The notes beneath the pieces were generated by a model, which did no database searches, was not told the DNA's origin, and saw only the letters and a program-made list of their open reading frames with translations. This document shows positions 38,561 through 48,354 of a stretch of DNA of 64,000 nt, one piece after another (position 1 is the first letter of the stretch; each line of letters begins with the position of its first letter). Source of the DNA: a virus; IMG/VR virus record IMGVR_UViG_3300046753_000522, positions 37,941 to 101,940 of that record; one strand, written 5' to 3'. The translations under genes and the position numbers were made by a program.

Positions 38561-39193
38561 CGAACCAGTAAAGAACTCCACGTTCTTCGGAGTTTCTATT
38601 TTAGGGTTCGGATGCTTATGGTATAGGACGAATTTAATGTCTTTAAACTCATTGAATATGTGATTCCATATGGGACGCCAGACATCCAACAGGCGGTAAT
38701 TGTTGGTCTTGCTCCTGTCCGAGTTGAGAACAACGTCAGTGTATGACCGCATATTATGATCAAAGATAGAGTCAAACCCGTACATGTGGATCTCGTCAGG
38801 TTTCAATCTCGCTGCAGCATAGTGAGTCGCCATATGCCCGCAGTTAAATGCAGTTGCTGCCTCGTTTGCGCGTTTTCCACAGTATTTAGGCACGGTCGTA
38901 TAGAACTCTCGAATGTGGTGAGCATGCTTCATATAGAAGTTAGGATTCTTGTCCATCCAGAGTCGGGGGCGATTACCCATTACCCACATAAATGCATCTA
39001 GATTGATCGATCCTTCAGTCAACGCACCACACATCTTGAAGTCGACAATCGTAGTGCACCAAGGGTCTTTAATCGCAAAGGGTGGTTGATTGCAGGCAAT
39101 GAGTTTACCGTCACGTGCCGTTTTATCCCGAACACCCTGAGGCATCATATGCGCCATGTCGCCATTACCGAGTATGTGTGCCTTTTTCGTCAT
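38558..39193 (-). CDS. GT-like protein (Maf/DUF115 or sialyltransferase-like N-terminus)
   Basis: HILGNG, IACN, N.GH.A, IHMYGFDS. Confidence 0.5.
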   Translation of the reverse strand: MTKKAHILGNGDMAHMMPQGVRDKTARDGKLIACNQPPFAIKDPWCTTIVDFKMCGALTEGSINLDAFMWVMGNRPRLWMDKNPNFYMKHAHHIREFYTTVPKYCGKRANEAATAFNCGHMATHYAAARLKPDEIHMYGFDSIFDHNMRSYTDVVLNSDRSKTNNYRLLDVWRPIWNHIFNEFKDIKFVLYHKHPNPKIETPKNVEFFTGS

Positions 39194-39828
39194 GCCATTT
39201 GTCTCCGAATCTCATCATTACCTTTCTCACCAGTCCAATGCATAAGAATTGGGTTCTCTGGTGCGGTTTTATCTATCAGATCTATTCGCAGGGTGTTATA
39301 ACGATGAGGTGCCTCAGAGATGTAGGTTGCGATCTTCATAAAGTCGCCACCCAACCAAGAGTAGAGTGCCTCTTGATCGCCAACGTGCGTTCCCTGACGA
39401 CACTCTTTGTGCCAAGTGTAGAGAATATTGGGTGTGCCCTGGAACGCCACCACGCCAGAGTTATACCAGTGACCGAGTTGTGGTCGACGTGCTGACCAAG
39501 GATGGTCGATCACCATGGTCAGTTTCTCGGGTTGCACATAAGAAAAGATGCCGGAAGGATCCGAACAAACTTGGCAGTCCGTATCGATCCAGCAAAACTG
39601 TTTGGGTCCGAACATGGATCCCATTTTAATCATTGACTCTACCTTTGTGAACCAACCGTTTGGTTCGCAATCGAATACCTGTGCTTGGTGAGTCGCCCAG
39701 TCACGCATCACATCGGACATACCGAAGTCTGCAATGACGAGAGGAATATCAGTGTGTTCCGTATAATTCGCCACAAACCACGGCAATTGCCACTCTGTGT
39801 TCTTGTCACAACCAGTTAGAAACATCAC
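39190..39828 (-). CDS. Glycosyltransferase, GT-A fold
   Basis: CWIDTD, YNSGVV, GDQE.L, YN.LR, HWTG. Confidence 0.75.
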   Translation of the reverse strand: MMFLTGCDKNTEWQLPWFVANYTEHTDIPLVIADFGMSDVMRDWATHQAQVFDCEPNGWFTKVESMIKMGSMFGPKQFCWIDTDCQVCSDPSGIFSYVQPEKLTMVIDHPWSARRPQLGHWYNSGVVAFQGTPNILYTWHKECRQGTHVGDQEALYSWLGGDFMKIATYISEAPHRYNTLRIDLIDKTAPENPILMHWTGEKGNDEIRRQMA

Positions 39829-40490
39829 TTCACCCCCAACAATTCATAACGGTCACCGAGTTTCTGGTACTGATGCTTCGCCTCGATTCCTCGGTCAGAT
39901 TGAATCGTAGAAAACGAGTCCTTTGCTTCAACTGGCCAAGGGTAGTATTCCTCAACGCAATCGAAGTTCTTGTTGCTGATAAAAATATCAGTCGGTCCGG
40001 CGCACACCTTTGCTGCTTCGAGCAACTTCTTTGCTCCCTGTGGCGTCACAGCATAAGCATGGGCACCTGGAAGGTATTGCTTGGAGACAAGTGTGTTCTT
40101 GCCCAAGTTGGGTGGGGTCTGCCATCTACCATAGGAGGGGTGACCGAAAGACAGGATATCAGTAAAAGTGACGTTCGGGATTTGATCAACGAAATACGCA
40201 TCGTGCTCAAGGACAAGAAGAGTTTCTTTCTCATTGTATGCCTTCTCCCATAAGCGATAGTGCGAGGTGAATGCGGCGACGCAGTTAGCGAAACGAGAAT
40301 ACACCTCACGGAATCCTTCAGTGGAGATGCCTCGTTCTTCTAGATATTTTTGGGGATTATCAGCAGGTGTGGTTGCGGCGAACATTTCTACTTCGACGTC
40401 ATTTCTTACTGCTGACTTGATGCATCGTTCTGCTGCTTTTACTGACTGCGGCATACTTTGTATCGTAATCACATAACCTTTCATAATCAA
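39825..40490 (-). CDS. Glycosyltransferase, GT25-like
   Basis: YVITI, SHY.LW, LVLEHDA, GAHAY.V.P.GA.KL. Confidence 0.8.
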   Translation of the reverse strand: MIMKGYVITIQSMPQSVKAAERCIKSAVRNDVEVEMFAATTPADNPQKYLEERGISTEGFREVYSRFANCVAAFTSHYRLWEKAYNEKETLLVLEHDAYFVDQIPNVTFTDILSFGHPSYGRWQTPPNLGKNTLVSKQYLPGAHAYAVTPQGAKKLLEAAKVCAGPTDIFISNKNFDCVEEYYPWPVEAKDSFSTIQSDRGIEAKHQYQKLGDRYELLGVK

Positions 40491-41212
40491 ATTCCTGTTG
40501 TGGTCGACCCTCTCTTCGCAACGTCAGTATAGTATGGATAAACTACTTTGAGTGACGGGAATAACTGACGACACATAATCGCGTCGTTTGGCCAAATACC
40601 AATCGTTCGCATTTCTTCGAGTAGTTTACTCGCGAACTCTGGTTTAATTATGTAGGCACTATTTCCTGCCAGTCCCATGGGGAGAGGTGGTTCAGTAGGT
40701 TCGTCGATGACGGGTACTCGGTGTATGCCTTCCCCGTACGATGCGACTAAATCGTGGAACTTCATTCCTTTTCGAGTGTTACCTCGCGGGTCATTCAACC
40801 CAACTGCTCCCCATCTACCAGCAAGGTCAGATAAACTGAACTTCCTGATAAATCTTGCGTCATGCTCAAGTACCATTATCGGTTCATCACCGTGTGCGCA
40901 CTTCTTCCAGAGTCGCATATGACTCAGGGCACAAGCGATGACCCTGTTCTGGTCAACTGCTTGATAGTGCCTCTTGAACAGACCTGTTCGTAGATCCATT
41001 CTGTCCTCTGCTGGACTGTTGGACCACGACCACCTAATATCTTCTTGCCCGAATACTTCTCGAATCCCCTCACCAATGGTGTGGGGTTGCGTCGCAATGA
41101 AGGGCAGTAACGATACGTTAGACTCGGTGTCAGTAATACTCTGCGACAGAGTGCGATACCCTGCCAGCGAGTCTTCGTTATCATTCATCACAATCGCATA
41201 TGCTATCATCAC
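40487..41212 (-). CDS. Glycosyltransferase, GT25-like
   Basis: ACALSH..LW, MVLEHDA, GNSAYII.P..A..L, PND. Confidence 0.8.
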   Translation of the reverse strand: MMIAYAIVMNDNEDSLAGYRTLSQSITDTESNVSLLPFIATQPHTIGEGIREVFGQEDIRWSWSNSPAEDRMDLRTGLFKRHYQAVDQNRVIACALSHMRLWKKCAHGDEPIMVLEHDARFIRKFSLSDLAGRWGAVGLNDPRGNTRKGMKFHDLVASYGEGIHRVPVIDEPTEPPLPMGLAGNSAYIIKPEFASKLLEEMRTIGIWPNDAIMCRQLFPSLKVVYPYYTDVAKRGSTTTGI

Positions 41213-41808
41213 GGCACCTGTATGCTGAACTGACTTCCCATACCTTCTTGCATTGGCGTCATATTGTAAACCGTCTTGAACTTCTCGACTGCCTGTGTCA
41301 CGCCATCCTTACCATACTTCTGGAATGCCCACTTGTAGTCATCACCGAGGATGTAACCGCCCGACTTGACCACCTTAACAGCATTACATAGGTCTCGGTA
41401 ACAACCCTTGAACGAGTGGTCACCGTCGATGTAGATCCAGTCGAGTTTGCCTTTGAAAGACTCGAACCACTCGTCGGATGTCATACGGTGAATCGTCACT
41501 GCTGGATCTTTACCCAGAGTCGCTTCGACACCCATATAAACTCCCTCGTAGAATGCGGAGAACTCTGCCTCGGTGTTGCCGCCAGTCAGGGTAGCGTAAC
41601 GGTCCAAGTAGTTTTGGTATGTTCCGTGCTCGTCCGACTCTTCGTACGCGACTGTGCTCCAAGAGTCAACAAGGTGCAACTCCTTCGGTTTCTTCGCGAG
41701 AAACTTCTTTGACGACAACCCCTTCCAGACGCCAATCTCTGCACCGACAGATCCTTTCTTTATCAGATGCATGACGTCTACCGAGTGCTTATTATTCCCG
41801 AACATCAT
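41209..41808 (-). CDS. Class I SAM-dependent methyltransferase (Methyltransf_24-like)
   Basis: GAEIGVWKG, LVDSW, DWIYIDGDH, GG.I.GDDY. Confidence 0.88.
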   Translation of the reverse strand: MMFGNNKHSVDVMHLIKKGSVGAEIGVWKGLSSKKFLAKKPKELHLVDSWSTVAYEESDEHGTYQNYLDRYATLTGGNTEAEFSAFYEGVYMGVEATLGKDPAVTIHRMTSDEWFESFKGKLDWIYIDGDHSFKGCYRDLCNAVKVVKSGGYILGDDYKWAFQKYGKDGVTQAVEKFKTVYNMTPMQEGMGSQFSIQVP

Positions 41809-42464
41809 AATTGTGCTTCCTTCTGCAACCAGTCATATGTATCGATGTTTAATTCTTCCTTTGCGCTACCGATCTTGCCCTTACGGGTTTTATAAAATCC
41901 ACGAGACATATGCGCCTTCGAAACTCTCATGTCGACCTTACCCGAACGCTCACTTTGTTGCAGTTTAGAGAACTCGCATTCTCTTACTGCGCTCTTCAGT
42001 GCTTCGCGATCAACTTCTCCCATTAACAATTCGATGATAGGTGCCACAGTTTCAGTTGTTTTGTGATGCATTTCTTCATACGACAACTGCAGGTCATAAT
42101 TGAGCGAACCTGCCTTGCGATAAAATTCTTTAATGTGTGTTATATGTTCTCTCACATAGTCGTTGACGTCAGGGCAACCGACAAGACGTGATGGATTGCG
42201 AAACATATCATCGTGGTAATACGAGACGAGTGAGTCGGCGAGATCGCGAGTGAGTAGAACTCTTGGTACATCTCGGTGCCTGAGAAAAAACTTATTGACC
42301 TCAACCGCACTGTCGTGACCATAACCCAGATGAGTCCATAGTATTTTCGGCATTGGCATGCCGTTGAACTCTCGATACCATTCGAGTATAACCTTCAACC
42401 AAGTTCTTCCGGACTTGGGATAGGAAACGATTACCATCTTCGCGTCATTCATACTCCACTCCAA
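41805..42464 (-). CDS. Sulfotransferase
   Basis: PAPS-binding SYPKSGRTW; RD..D.LVSYYH; YE.M; RKG..G. Confidence 0.88.
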   Translation of the reverse strand: MEWSMNDAKMVIVSYPKSGRTWLKVILEWYREFNGMPMPKILWTHLGYGHDSAVEVNKFFLRHRDVPRVLLTRDLADSLVSYYHDDMFRNPSRLVGCPDVNDYVREHITHIKEFYRKAGSLNYDLQLSYEEMHHKTTETVAPIIELLMGEVDREALKSAVRECEFSKLQQSERSGKVDMRVSKAHMSRGFYKTRKGKIGSAKEELNIDTYDWLQKEAQL

Positions 42465-43251
42465 TCTTCTCCATCAGTGCTTCGACGTTCTCTCCCGCAG
42501 AGGGCAACTTGTCTTTCAGGAAGAAGTGAATGAAGTGTGCTTCCGGAATATGCTCGTCTTTGACCGCCGAGTACAGGGCATTCCACTTCCATGACATGTC
42601 TTTCGCCTTCATGTTCTCTTTCTTGACCCAATAGTTTAGGAGAGTCTGGTCTGTCGACCATTTCCAATTACCAACTCCGTCAATGAAGTCCAAGAACTGG
42701 GGGCGGTCAAGAAACTCTCTTGCAGTCTGTCCCTTCAGATACTTGACAATAGACTTATTCATCACAATCATTCCCATATTATAGAAATGTGCTCCCCAGT
42801 CTCGCCAGTCCCACTGCACATCTGTGAGACTATTGTACTGCATATGAGAGTAGTTCTTGATCTTCATTGCGTACTGCCCACTGATGGGCATGCTGCGCTC
42901 AACAACAGCACCAATGTCATACTCATCCTCGAGATCGTCGAAGATGTTAGGGGCATCGGCACGAATGTAAATGTCGGCATCGATGATTGCGATTTGATCA
43001 TAACCTTCCGCGAAGCAATCGAAGGCGTTTTCTTTTTCATAGATTGGCAGAAATCCACCATGCTTCACATATGAATCTGCGTTTCGATTCGTCACAAACG
43101 GGTCGGGTTGGATTTTGAGGTGTGCTTCTCTCTGGACAAATTGGTCGATATCGTGTTTCTTGCAGTAATCTGTTACCGAATCGATACACGTAGAATAGAG
43201 TTTGGAGTCCTTTGCCTCGCCGAGACAAACTTGATAGATTAGACGTTTCAT
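42445..43251 (-). CDS. Glycosyltransferase, GT-A fold (GT8/GT34-like)
   Basis: IIDADI, YN.G, DQTLLN, WNAL, FIHF. Confidence 0.78.
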   Translation of the reverse strand: MKRLIYQVCLGEAKDSKLYSTCIDSVTDYCKKHDIDQFVQREAHLKIQPDPFVTNRNADSYVKHGGFLPIYEKENAFDCFAEGYDQIAIIDADIYIRADAPNIFDDLEDEYDIGAVVERSMPISGQYAMKIKNYSHMQYNSLTDVQWDWRDWGAHFYNMGMIVMNKSIVKYLKGQTAREFLDRPQFLDFIDGVGNWKWSTDQTLLNYWVKKENMKAKDMSWKWNALYSAVKDEHIPEAHFIHFFLKDKLPSAGENVEALMEKIGVEYE

Positions 43252-43859
43252 AATTTGTGTTCCGCTGACGTTCCGATATCATAATTAACTATTTGAAAAC
43301 AAGATGCTCTGGGGCAGTATACTTGATTTAGTTGTTCCATGCGTTGCTTTGCTGTCTTGTTTTTGCTCATGTTTAACTCTTTCTCAAAGTGCGTATGGAT
43401 ATGACCGTCTACATTTTGCGAAATGGTATCCTCTAATGCTGCAGCAGTTAGTATAGCAGCAAACCTCTCGCTTATATAGTAACCGCTTCCAGGAGAAATA
43501 TGCTCTTCCATCTTTAACCACGCTCTGTTGTTTCTTGGAAACACTGAGAACAATCCGTAGTCTTCCTTGAACTCAGGGAGTGAGCGAAATGGATACGTGT
43601 CGTGCTCAATAATGTAAGTTGGTTCCTTCACAGTTTGCCATACCCGAAAGTGACTGTACCATATTGCTTTCTCTGTTGGAGTGAACGGTGTCTTAGACGT
43701 CATCTTTATATCTGCGAATTCTAACTCATCGCCAAGAGTGTCGGGCGTGGTTCCCTGGAACAGACTTATATTATACCCTAATTCTCCCCATCTTTCAACA
43801 CATATCTTAGAGTAGTATTGAGACTTGGGACAGTCCGATAGGGCGATCATGCGGATCAT
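43248..43859 (-). CDS. Glycosyltransferase, GT25-like (divergent)
   Basis: TTP, SHF.VW, IIEHD, GYYIS...A..L, NVDG. Confidence 0.65.
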   Translation of the reverse strand: MIRMIALSDCPKSQYYSKICVERWGELGYNISLFQGTTPDTLGDELEFADIKMTSKTPFTPTEKAIWYSHFRVWQTVKEPTYIIEHDTYPFRSLPEFKEDYGLFSVFPRNNRAWLKMEEHISPGSGYYISERFAAILTAAALEDTISQNVDGHIHTHFEKELNMSKNKTAKQRMEQLNQVYCPRASCFQIVNYDIGTSAEHKL

Positions 43860-45385
43860 GAAGTGAAAACCTTGACTCCATATTTCTGCTCAAATTCTTC
43901 AGCGTGAGTCACATCATTCACCATGGGTTTGCCGCGAATGTTGAGTGAGGTGTTGAGAAGCATAGGAATGCCCGTGCGATCATAGTAGCACTCAAGGATA
44001 CGGCGAAACACTGACTGCGAGTCTTTGTGCACGAGTTGTACTCGCGCGGATCCGTCTACGTGCGTGACCGAGGAGAAGTCATGCTTGGCATAACTCGTGT
44101 ATTGCATCCAGCGGTTCATATGTCCCGTGAAGTACTCATCTGCGTGCTCTTCGAGAATCGCAGGAGCGAAGGGTCGATACTTCTGTCGTTGCTTGATCTC
44201 GTTGACAGTGTCCTTGACCTCATAGCGAACATCAGCAATCAGTGAGCGATTACCATAGGCACGATAACTGAACTCGGCAGGACCATTGGCAACACCACAC
44301 ACCTGCTTCTTCATCAAATAGTCGACAACCTTCTCGGGGTCGAGATCGCCCTCGATATTGTGACCAAGATAGGGATGTGACCACTGAATACGCTCTGCGC
44401 CAGTGTCTTTCATGTAATGGTATGCTGCAGCACCGAGACTCGCTCCACCATCTCCAGGATTCACGTCGATCCAGACATCGTCAAACAGGTCGCGCATACG
44501 AGAGTTTGCCATGATGTTTTGCGCTACGCCGCCACTGTAGCAGAGTTTGCTACCGTATTGCCTTGCCTTCACCATGAAGTCGTATATGAGTTCTTCCACT
44601 CCCCTTTGGAGGGATGCTGATGCATCAGCGGTATTCTTACAATTTTCGAGCAGGTAGTCGATCATCTTGAAGATATGCATTTTCTTTACGGAAAATTTTT
44701 GCGCCCAATCGAATTTGTCCCAACCGTCTTGATCTTCCATGGTGTAGGAAGGGACGCATTGGAACATCTCGTAAAATTGTTCCCAGTGAGTGGGTTCGCC
44801 ATAGCAAGAGTACCCCATTACCACATACTCATCCTCGTTGGCATTGAGGTGCATACCAGGAAGGTTGTCTGTGAAATTGGCGTAGGTGTACCCAATCGAT
44901 CGCGGGAACGATACTTCATGGACAATTTCGAAATCGTTGTTGAGGATGAGCATCGAACGATACTCACCAATACCATCGATCACAACGTTGACGACGTCTT
45001 CTTTAGCGAAAGATTCGGGGCGAGTTGCAAAAGCAGCAGCAGCGTGAGAGTAATGGTGATTGGTCGAGAGGAAGTTCTTTCGAAAAACTGGATGCTGCTT
45101 CCAAGGTTCATCATGGTTTTCGGCATGATAATAATCTGGATCTTGCAAGACCGGATCGTACGCACCGTTGCGGAACTTCATTCGCAATTCCCAGTCGTCG
45201 TGGCATATCCACTTCGTGTCTGGAATTTGCATGTATTTCTTCAGAAGATCATGAGGGATGTGTGGATCGTGCTTCTTTCCGCTGTATCTCTCAGCAAGAG
45301 TCGCAAATTCTACTTCACCATTTTCATTAATAAGAGTGAGACCCGCGTCGTGGAACCACTCTCCTCCAATACCTAACCATTTCAT
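43856..45385 (-). CDS. O-carbamoyltransferase (NodU/CmcH/TobZ family)
   Basis: HDA, ER.S..KHD, HH.SHA, DG.GE, GGVA.N, GDGG.SLGAA, GNRS, RPFAP, HVDGSARVQ, LNTSLN. Confidence 0.92.
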   Translation of the reverse strand: MKWLGIGGEWFHDAGLTLINENGEVEFATLAERYSGKKHDPHIPHDLLKKYMQIPDTKWICHDDWELRMKFRNGAYDPVLQDPDYYHAENHDEPWKQHPVFRKNFLSTNHHYSHAAAAFATRPESFAKEDVVNVVIDGIGEYRSMLILNNDFEIVHEVSFPRSIGYTYANFTDNLPGMHLNANEDEYVVMGYSCYGEPTHWEQFYEMFQCVPSYTMEDQDGWDKFDWAQKFSVKKMHIFKMIDYLLENCKNTADASASLQRGVEELIYDFMVKARQYGSKLCYSGGVAQNIMANSRMRDLFDDVWIDVNPGDGGASLGAAAYHYMKDTGAERIQWSHPYLGHNIEGDLDPEKVVDYLMKKQVCGVANGPAEFSYRAYGNRSLIADVRYEVKDTVNEIKQRQKYRPFAPAILEEHADEYFTGHMNRWMQYTSYAKHDFSSVTHVDGSARVQLVHKDSQSVFRRILECYYDRTGIPMLLNTSLNIRGKPMVNDVTHAEEFEQKYGVKVFTS

Positions 45386-45400
45386 AACAAAGTGGTATCC

Positions 45401-45856
45401 TTATTTTACAAATTCAAGTCGACTCATTAAACGGTTTGCACGATTACCAACCTGATGGTACCATCGCGAGTCACGACCCTCTACAGATGCAGTTTTCCAA
45501 TCGCCTTCGCGAATTGCTGCATTCATCTTCTTAAACTTAGATAGGCGTGGTCGACCCATGTTAAACATCATGTTCACGAGGATCTCTTGGACCGCTTCTG
45601 GCAGTACTTGCCAGCAATCATCATATAGAACTTCGCATTCTTTAATTGCGGTATTTAAATCCACTCCAAAGAGGTTACGGACTCGTTGTTCCGATACTTC
45701 AGTACCCACTTCTTGCCCGTGCTCCAGATCGTTCTCAAGGATGAGATGACCGACGCCCAGTGTAGGATAACCCAGATGATCGAGATAAATTTCATACACG
45801 ACTCCTTCGTCTATTTTGAGTTGCTCGTATACGCGGTTTCTTGCTTCGGGGGACAT
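45401..45856 (-). CDS. Lysozyme/endolysin (GH24, T4 lysozyme-like)
   Basis: DEG....IY.D.LG.PT.GVGH, NM.FNMG, SRW..QV..RA. Confidence 0.88.
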   Translation of the reverse strand: MSPEARNRVYEQLKIDEGVVYEIYLDHLGYPTLGVGHLILENDLEHGQEVGTEVSEQRVRNLFGVDLNTAIKECEVLYDDCWQVLPEAVQEILVNMMFNMGRPRLSKFKKMNAAIREGDWKTASVEGRDSRWYHQVGNRANRLMSRLEFVK

Positions 45857-45883
45857 AGTAGAATCCTGTTAGTAAGACTCTCC

Positions 45884-45890
45884 TATTTAG
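45884..45890 (-). promoter_or_regulatory. Late-promoter variant CTAAATA upstream of the lysozyme gene
   Basis: Intergenic, about 28 nt before the ATG. Confidence 0.5.
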
Positions 45891-45892
45891 TA

Positions 45893-46123
45893 TTAGAGGT
45901 TGATGCTGTTGCCTCTCCCTGATCCTTTCTTTGTTGCCTTGAGAAGATCTTTCCAACCATCGGGAGTTTTGTTAATGATATTGCCAGTGTGTGAGATGAG
46001 AGTAGTAGCACTGTTATGAACTATAGTCCATTCTCCGCTCGCTACCATTTCTTCCATTTTAGAGATAGAACAGAATTCCTCTCGCTCTTCTCCATCTTTT
46101 GTTCGAATGTCGTATGTTGGCAT
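45893..46123 (-). CDS. Small conserved protein (FmdB-like N-terminus, no Cys pairs)
   Basis: MPTYD...GE, K.PDGWKD.L; start trimmed to 46123. Confidence 0.6.
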   Translation of the reverse strand: MPTYDIRTKDGEEREEFCSISKMEEMVASGEWTIVHNSATTLISHTGNIINKTPDGWKDLLKATKKGSGRGNSINL

Positions 46124-46241
46124 AGTATTAGTTTCCCAGGCAGCGATGTCTTTTATTTTAAGCATCTCCACTCAAAAGACAACAACTTTCTTGATCTTTT
46201 TTGACGATACCCTCACGTCCCTGTGAGGGCACGAGATAGGA

Positions 46242-46424
46242 TCACCTCCAGTTTTGTAATTCTGAAATTGTAGAGCGGATAAATTCCTGCTCCCTTTTGA
46301 CTCTGTGCGCTTTTTTAGTTTTGCCTCTCCTTATAAGACGGTTGATTTGGTTACTCATTTCCGAACAATAATTGTTCAATTGGGTTTCATGATTTACCAT
46401 AGGCGACTCCTGTTTGCTTAACAA
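46242..46424 (-). CDS. Small basic hypothetical protein
   Basis: Fills the gap in the operon. Confidence 0.45.
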   Translation of the reverse strand: MLSKQESPMVNHETQLNNYCSEMSNQINRLIRRGKTKKAHRVKREQEFIRSTISELQNWR

Positions 46425-46425
46425 G

Positions 46426-46878
46426 TCATAACAATTTCGGCAATCCCTCCTTCACATCTTCTATTTCGAGTCCCTCAGGTGCTTTCTTGTTGATCATCAT
46501 AGAGAGGATCTCTGCATCTTTAGGGTGGATTACCTCGAGAAGTCCAATAAACATCGTTTCCCGTTTCAACGGGTGCATGGGATCGGACTTGCGTGACCCC
46601 TTCACGAAGTATTGGAGTTTTACGTTTTGCTTGTGCCAAGAAGTGGGCACTGCTTGCTCTTCCGCTGGAGTATAGGGAACCTCTCCTCCAGGAAGATTGA
46701 ATTGAATGCGGTCGTCAAACACGCAACGTAGATAGTCTGTCCACGATGACATGCCTGCGTATTTTCTAATCAAAGTCACCCTTTCTTCCGGCGTCTTGCT
46801 CTTCGCAATTGACTCGATTATCTCATATAGTTCTGGGACCCGCTTCTTCCCATTTTGTTGCTCAGTTATCATATCCAA
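46426..46878 (-). CDS. Conserved hypothetical protein of T4-like phages
   Basis: LP.G..PY, KRE.MFI.LLE.IHP.DA. Confidence 0.7.
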   Translation of the reverse strand: MDMITEQQNGKKRVPELYEIIESIAKSKTPEERVTLIRKYAGMSSWTDYLRCVFDDRIQFNLPGGEVPYTPAEEQAVPTSWHKQNVKLQYFVKGSRKSDPMHPLKRETMFIGLLEVIHPKDAEILSMMINKKAPEGLEIEDVKEGLPKLL

Positions 46879-47314
46879 GTTCCCTCTTCAATCTATCGCT
46901 CAAATGTTTCTGATGTATACGAACATTCACGATTCCATTTAAGTATTTATCGTCAAATAGAACCTCACGACGAACCTGTTCAATCATTTCCAAATAATTC
47001 AGGTCTCCTTTTGAGTACCCGAACCGTATTATCTCTCTTATATATCGGTCCGATAAACCTTCGGAAATATTCTGCTTGATGGTCTCGCTAGAGGAGTAGT
47101 AAGTCCTCCAATCCGACTCTACCAAGACCTTCTGCCTGCGCTTTCTGTTCTTGGTGATGGGAAGAGTCTTTTGTCTGTGGAATCTCTTCTGACCCACATA
47201 CATCTCGCCCGTTTCCGTATCGGTGATCAGGTAGACAAACCCAATCCAGTCTGGGTGGAGAGCACCGTACTCGATAGCGAAGGGTTCACCCTCGTATAAC
47301 CAATCCTTGTTCAT
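46862..47314 (-). CDS. GIY-YIG family endonuclease
   Basis: GFVYLIT....G.MYVG.K, ESDW..YYSS, REI, Y.NG. Confidence 0.78.
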   Translation of the reverse strand: MNKDWLYEGEPFAIEYGALHPDWIGFVYLITDTETGEMYVGQKRFHRQKTLPITKNRKRRQKVLVESDWRTYYSSSETIKQNISEGLSDRYIREIIRFGYSKGDLNYLEMIEQVRREVLFDDKYLNGIVNVRIHQKHLSDRLKRELGYDN

Positions 47315-47723
47315 AAAGTATTTCCCGATTCTTCAAATGTTCTGCTTCAATATCTTTCTTGGACTGACCAAAGTATTTTACTGCCAGTTTCTTTGTTATC
47401 ATCGCATCATTGAGTGACATTTCGCGGTCAAACTCATGGACGTAACAAATTAGTTCGCCGAGGATTCTACCGTACTTTCCTTTTCCGTCAAGTCGACTGC
47501 GTAAAGTGAAAGTGGTGCCTTCCGATATGTGGTCCGCGATGTACTGTGCGGCGAGTTTCCCGCACTTCTTCTCTTCGAGGTCTCGAGTGCGCGATTCAGG
47601 CGTGTCAATGCCGTAAAGACGAATACGCTGATTAGAGAGGATAATACCAAAACCAAGGTCAATATCCACATCAACGGTGTCACCGTCAACAATGCGACGT
47701 AGTGTGCTACGGTATTCATACAT
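47286..47723 (-). CDS. Thermonuclease (SNase-like)
   Basis: RIVDGDT, RIRL.GIDTPE, GKYGRIL. Confidence 0.88.
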   Translation of the reverse strand: MYEYRSTLRRIVDGDTVDVDIDLGFGIILSNQRIRLYGIDTPESRTRDLEEKKCGKLAAQYIADHISEGTTFTLRSRLDGKGKYGRILGELICYVHEFDREMSLNDAMITKKLAVKYFGQSKKDIEAEHLKNREILYEQGLVIRG

Positions 47724-47727
47724 TTCC

Positions 47728-48354
47728 CTATCCTTCTGTACACCCTTCGTATTCGGTGTATTCGTCGATGAACCTATATGGTGTGGTTTGGGAAATCTGA
47801 AAATCTTGCGTCGCGGTGTTCCAGGTAAGTTCGACGTTCCAAGATCTTTGTCCTACCTGAATTCCCTCCAGCACCAACCTATCCTGCCAAAGATGTATTC
47901 TTCGCACCTCATATAGTTTAATATCATTGGGGTCTTTAATGAAATTAGTGTTTGCCAACTTGCTGACGCAAAACTCTGCTTCTTTGAAATTATACCTCCC
48001 GTCAAACGTGTATGCGTAAACGGCGACACGGTGGTATCCTTCGTCATATTCTTTGAAGTTGACTGTTTGTGAGAATCCAGAATATAGAGCGCCATCGACG
48101 TCCGGAAACGCATTGGCGACATCTAATCTCGACCCGCCTACAGGAACTTCAGATGAAAACTGCTCGTCGATATAGATCTCAACAACTTCGACTGATTTGG
48201 TGGGGTGAAGCGTCCATCCTCTGACCGTCCCGATATTTCCGAGCGTCACTCCGTTTACAGGAGTCTCGAGGAAAATCCTAATATTTTCGTCTCTTGTCTG
48301 CGCCTGTGCAGTAGAGAATACCGCAATCATTGCTAGTAGTAGGAATGTTCTCAT
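47728..48354 (-). CDS. Exported protein with an Ig-like domain
   Basis: Signal peptide MRTFLLLAMIAVFSTAQA; LE.P..G, RGW, VEIYID, GG.R.DV...FP, SGFS. Confidence 0.6.
   Translation of the reverse strand: MRTFLLLAMIAVFSTAQAQTRDENIRIFLETPVNGVTLGNIGTVRGWTLHPTKSVEVVEIYIDEQFSSEVPVGGSRLDVANAFPDVDGALYSGFSQTVNFKEYDEGYHRVAVYAYTFDGRYNFKEAEFCVSKLANTNFIKDPNDIKLYEVRRIHLWQDRLVLEGIQVGQRSWNVELTWNTATQDFQISQTTPYRFIDEYTEYEGCTEG

Noticed and set aside
46209-46229. CCCTCAC/GTGAGGG hairpin as a terminator or ncRNA
   Set aside because: 7-bp stem with no adjacent U tract on either strand; too little support
46862-47314. Mobile homing endonuclease or intron
   Set aside because: Short stand-alone GIY-YIG domain with no DNA-binding extension; neighbouring genes are uninterrupted
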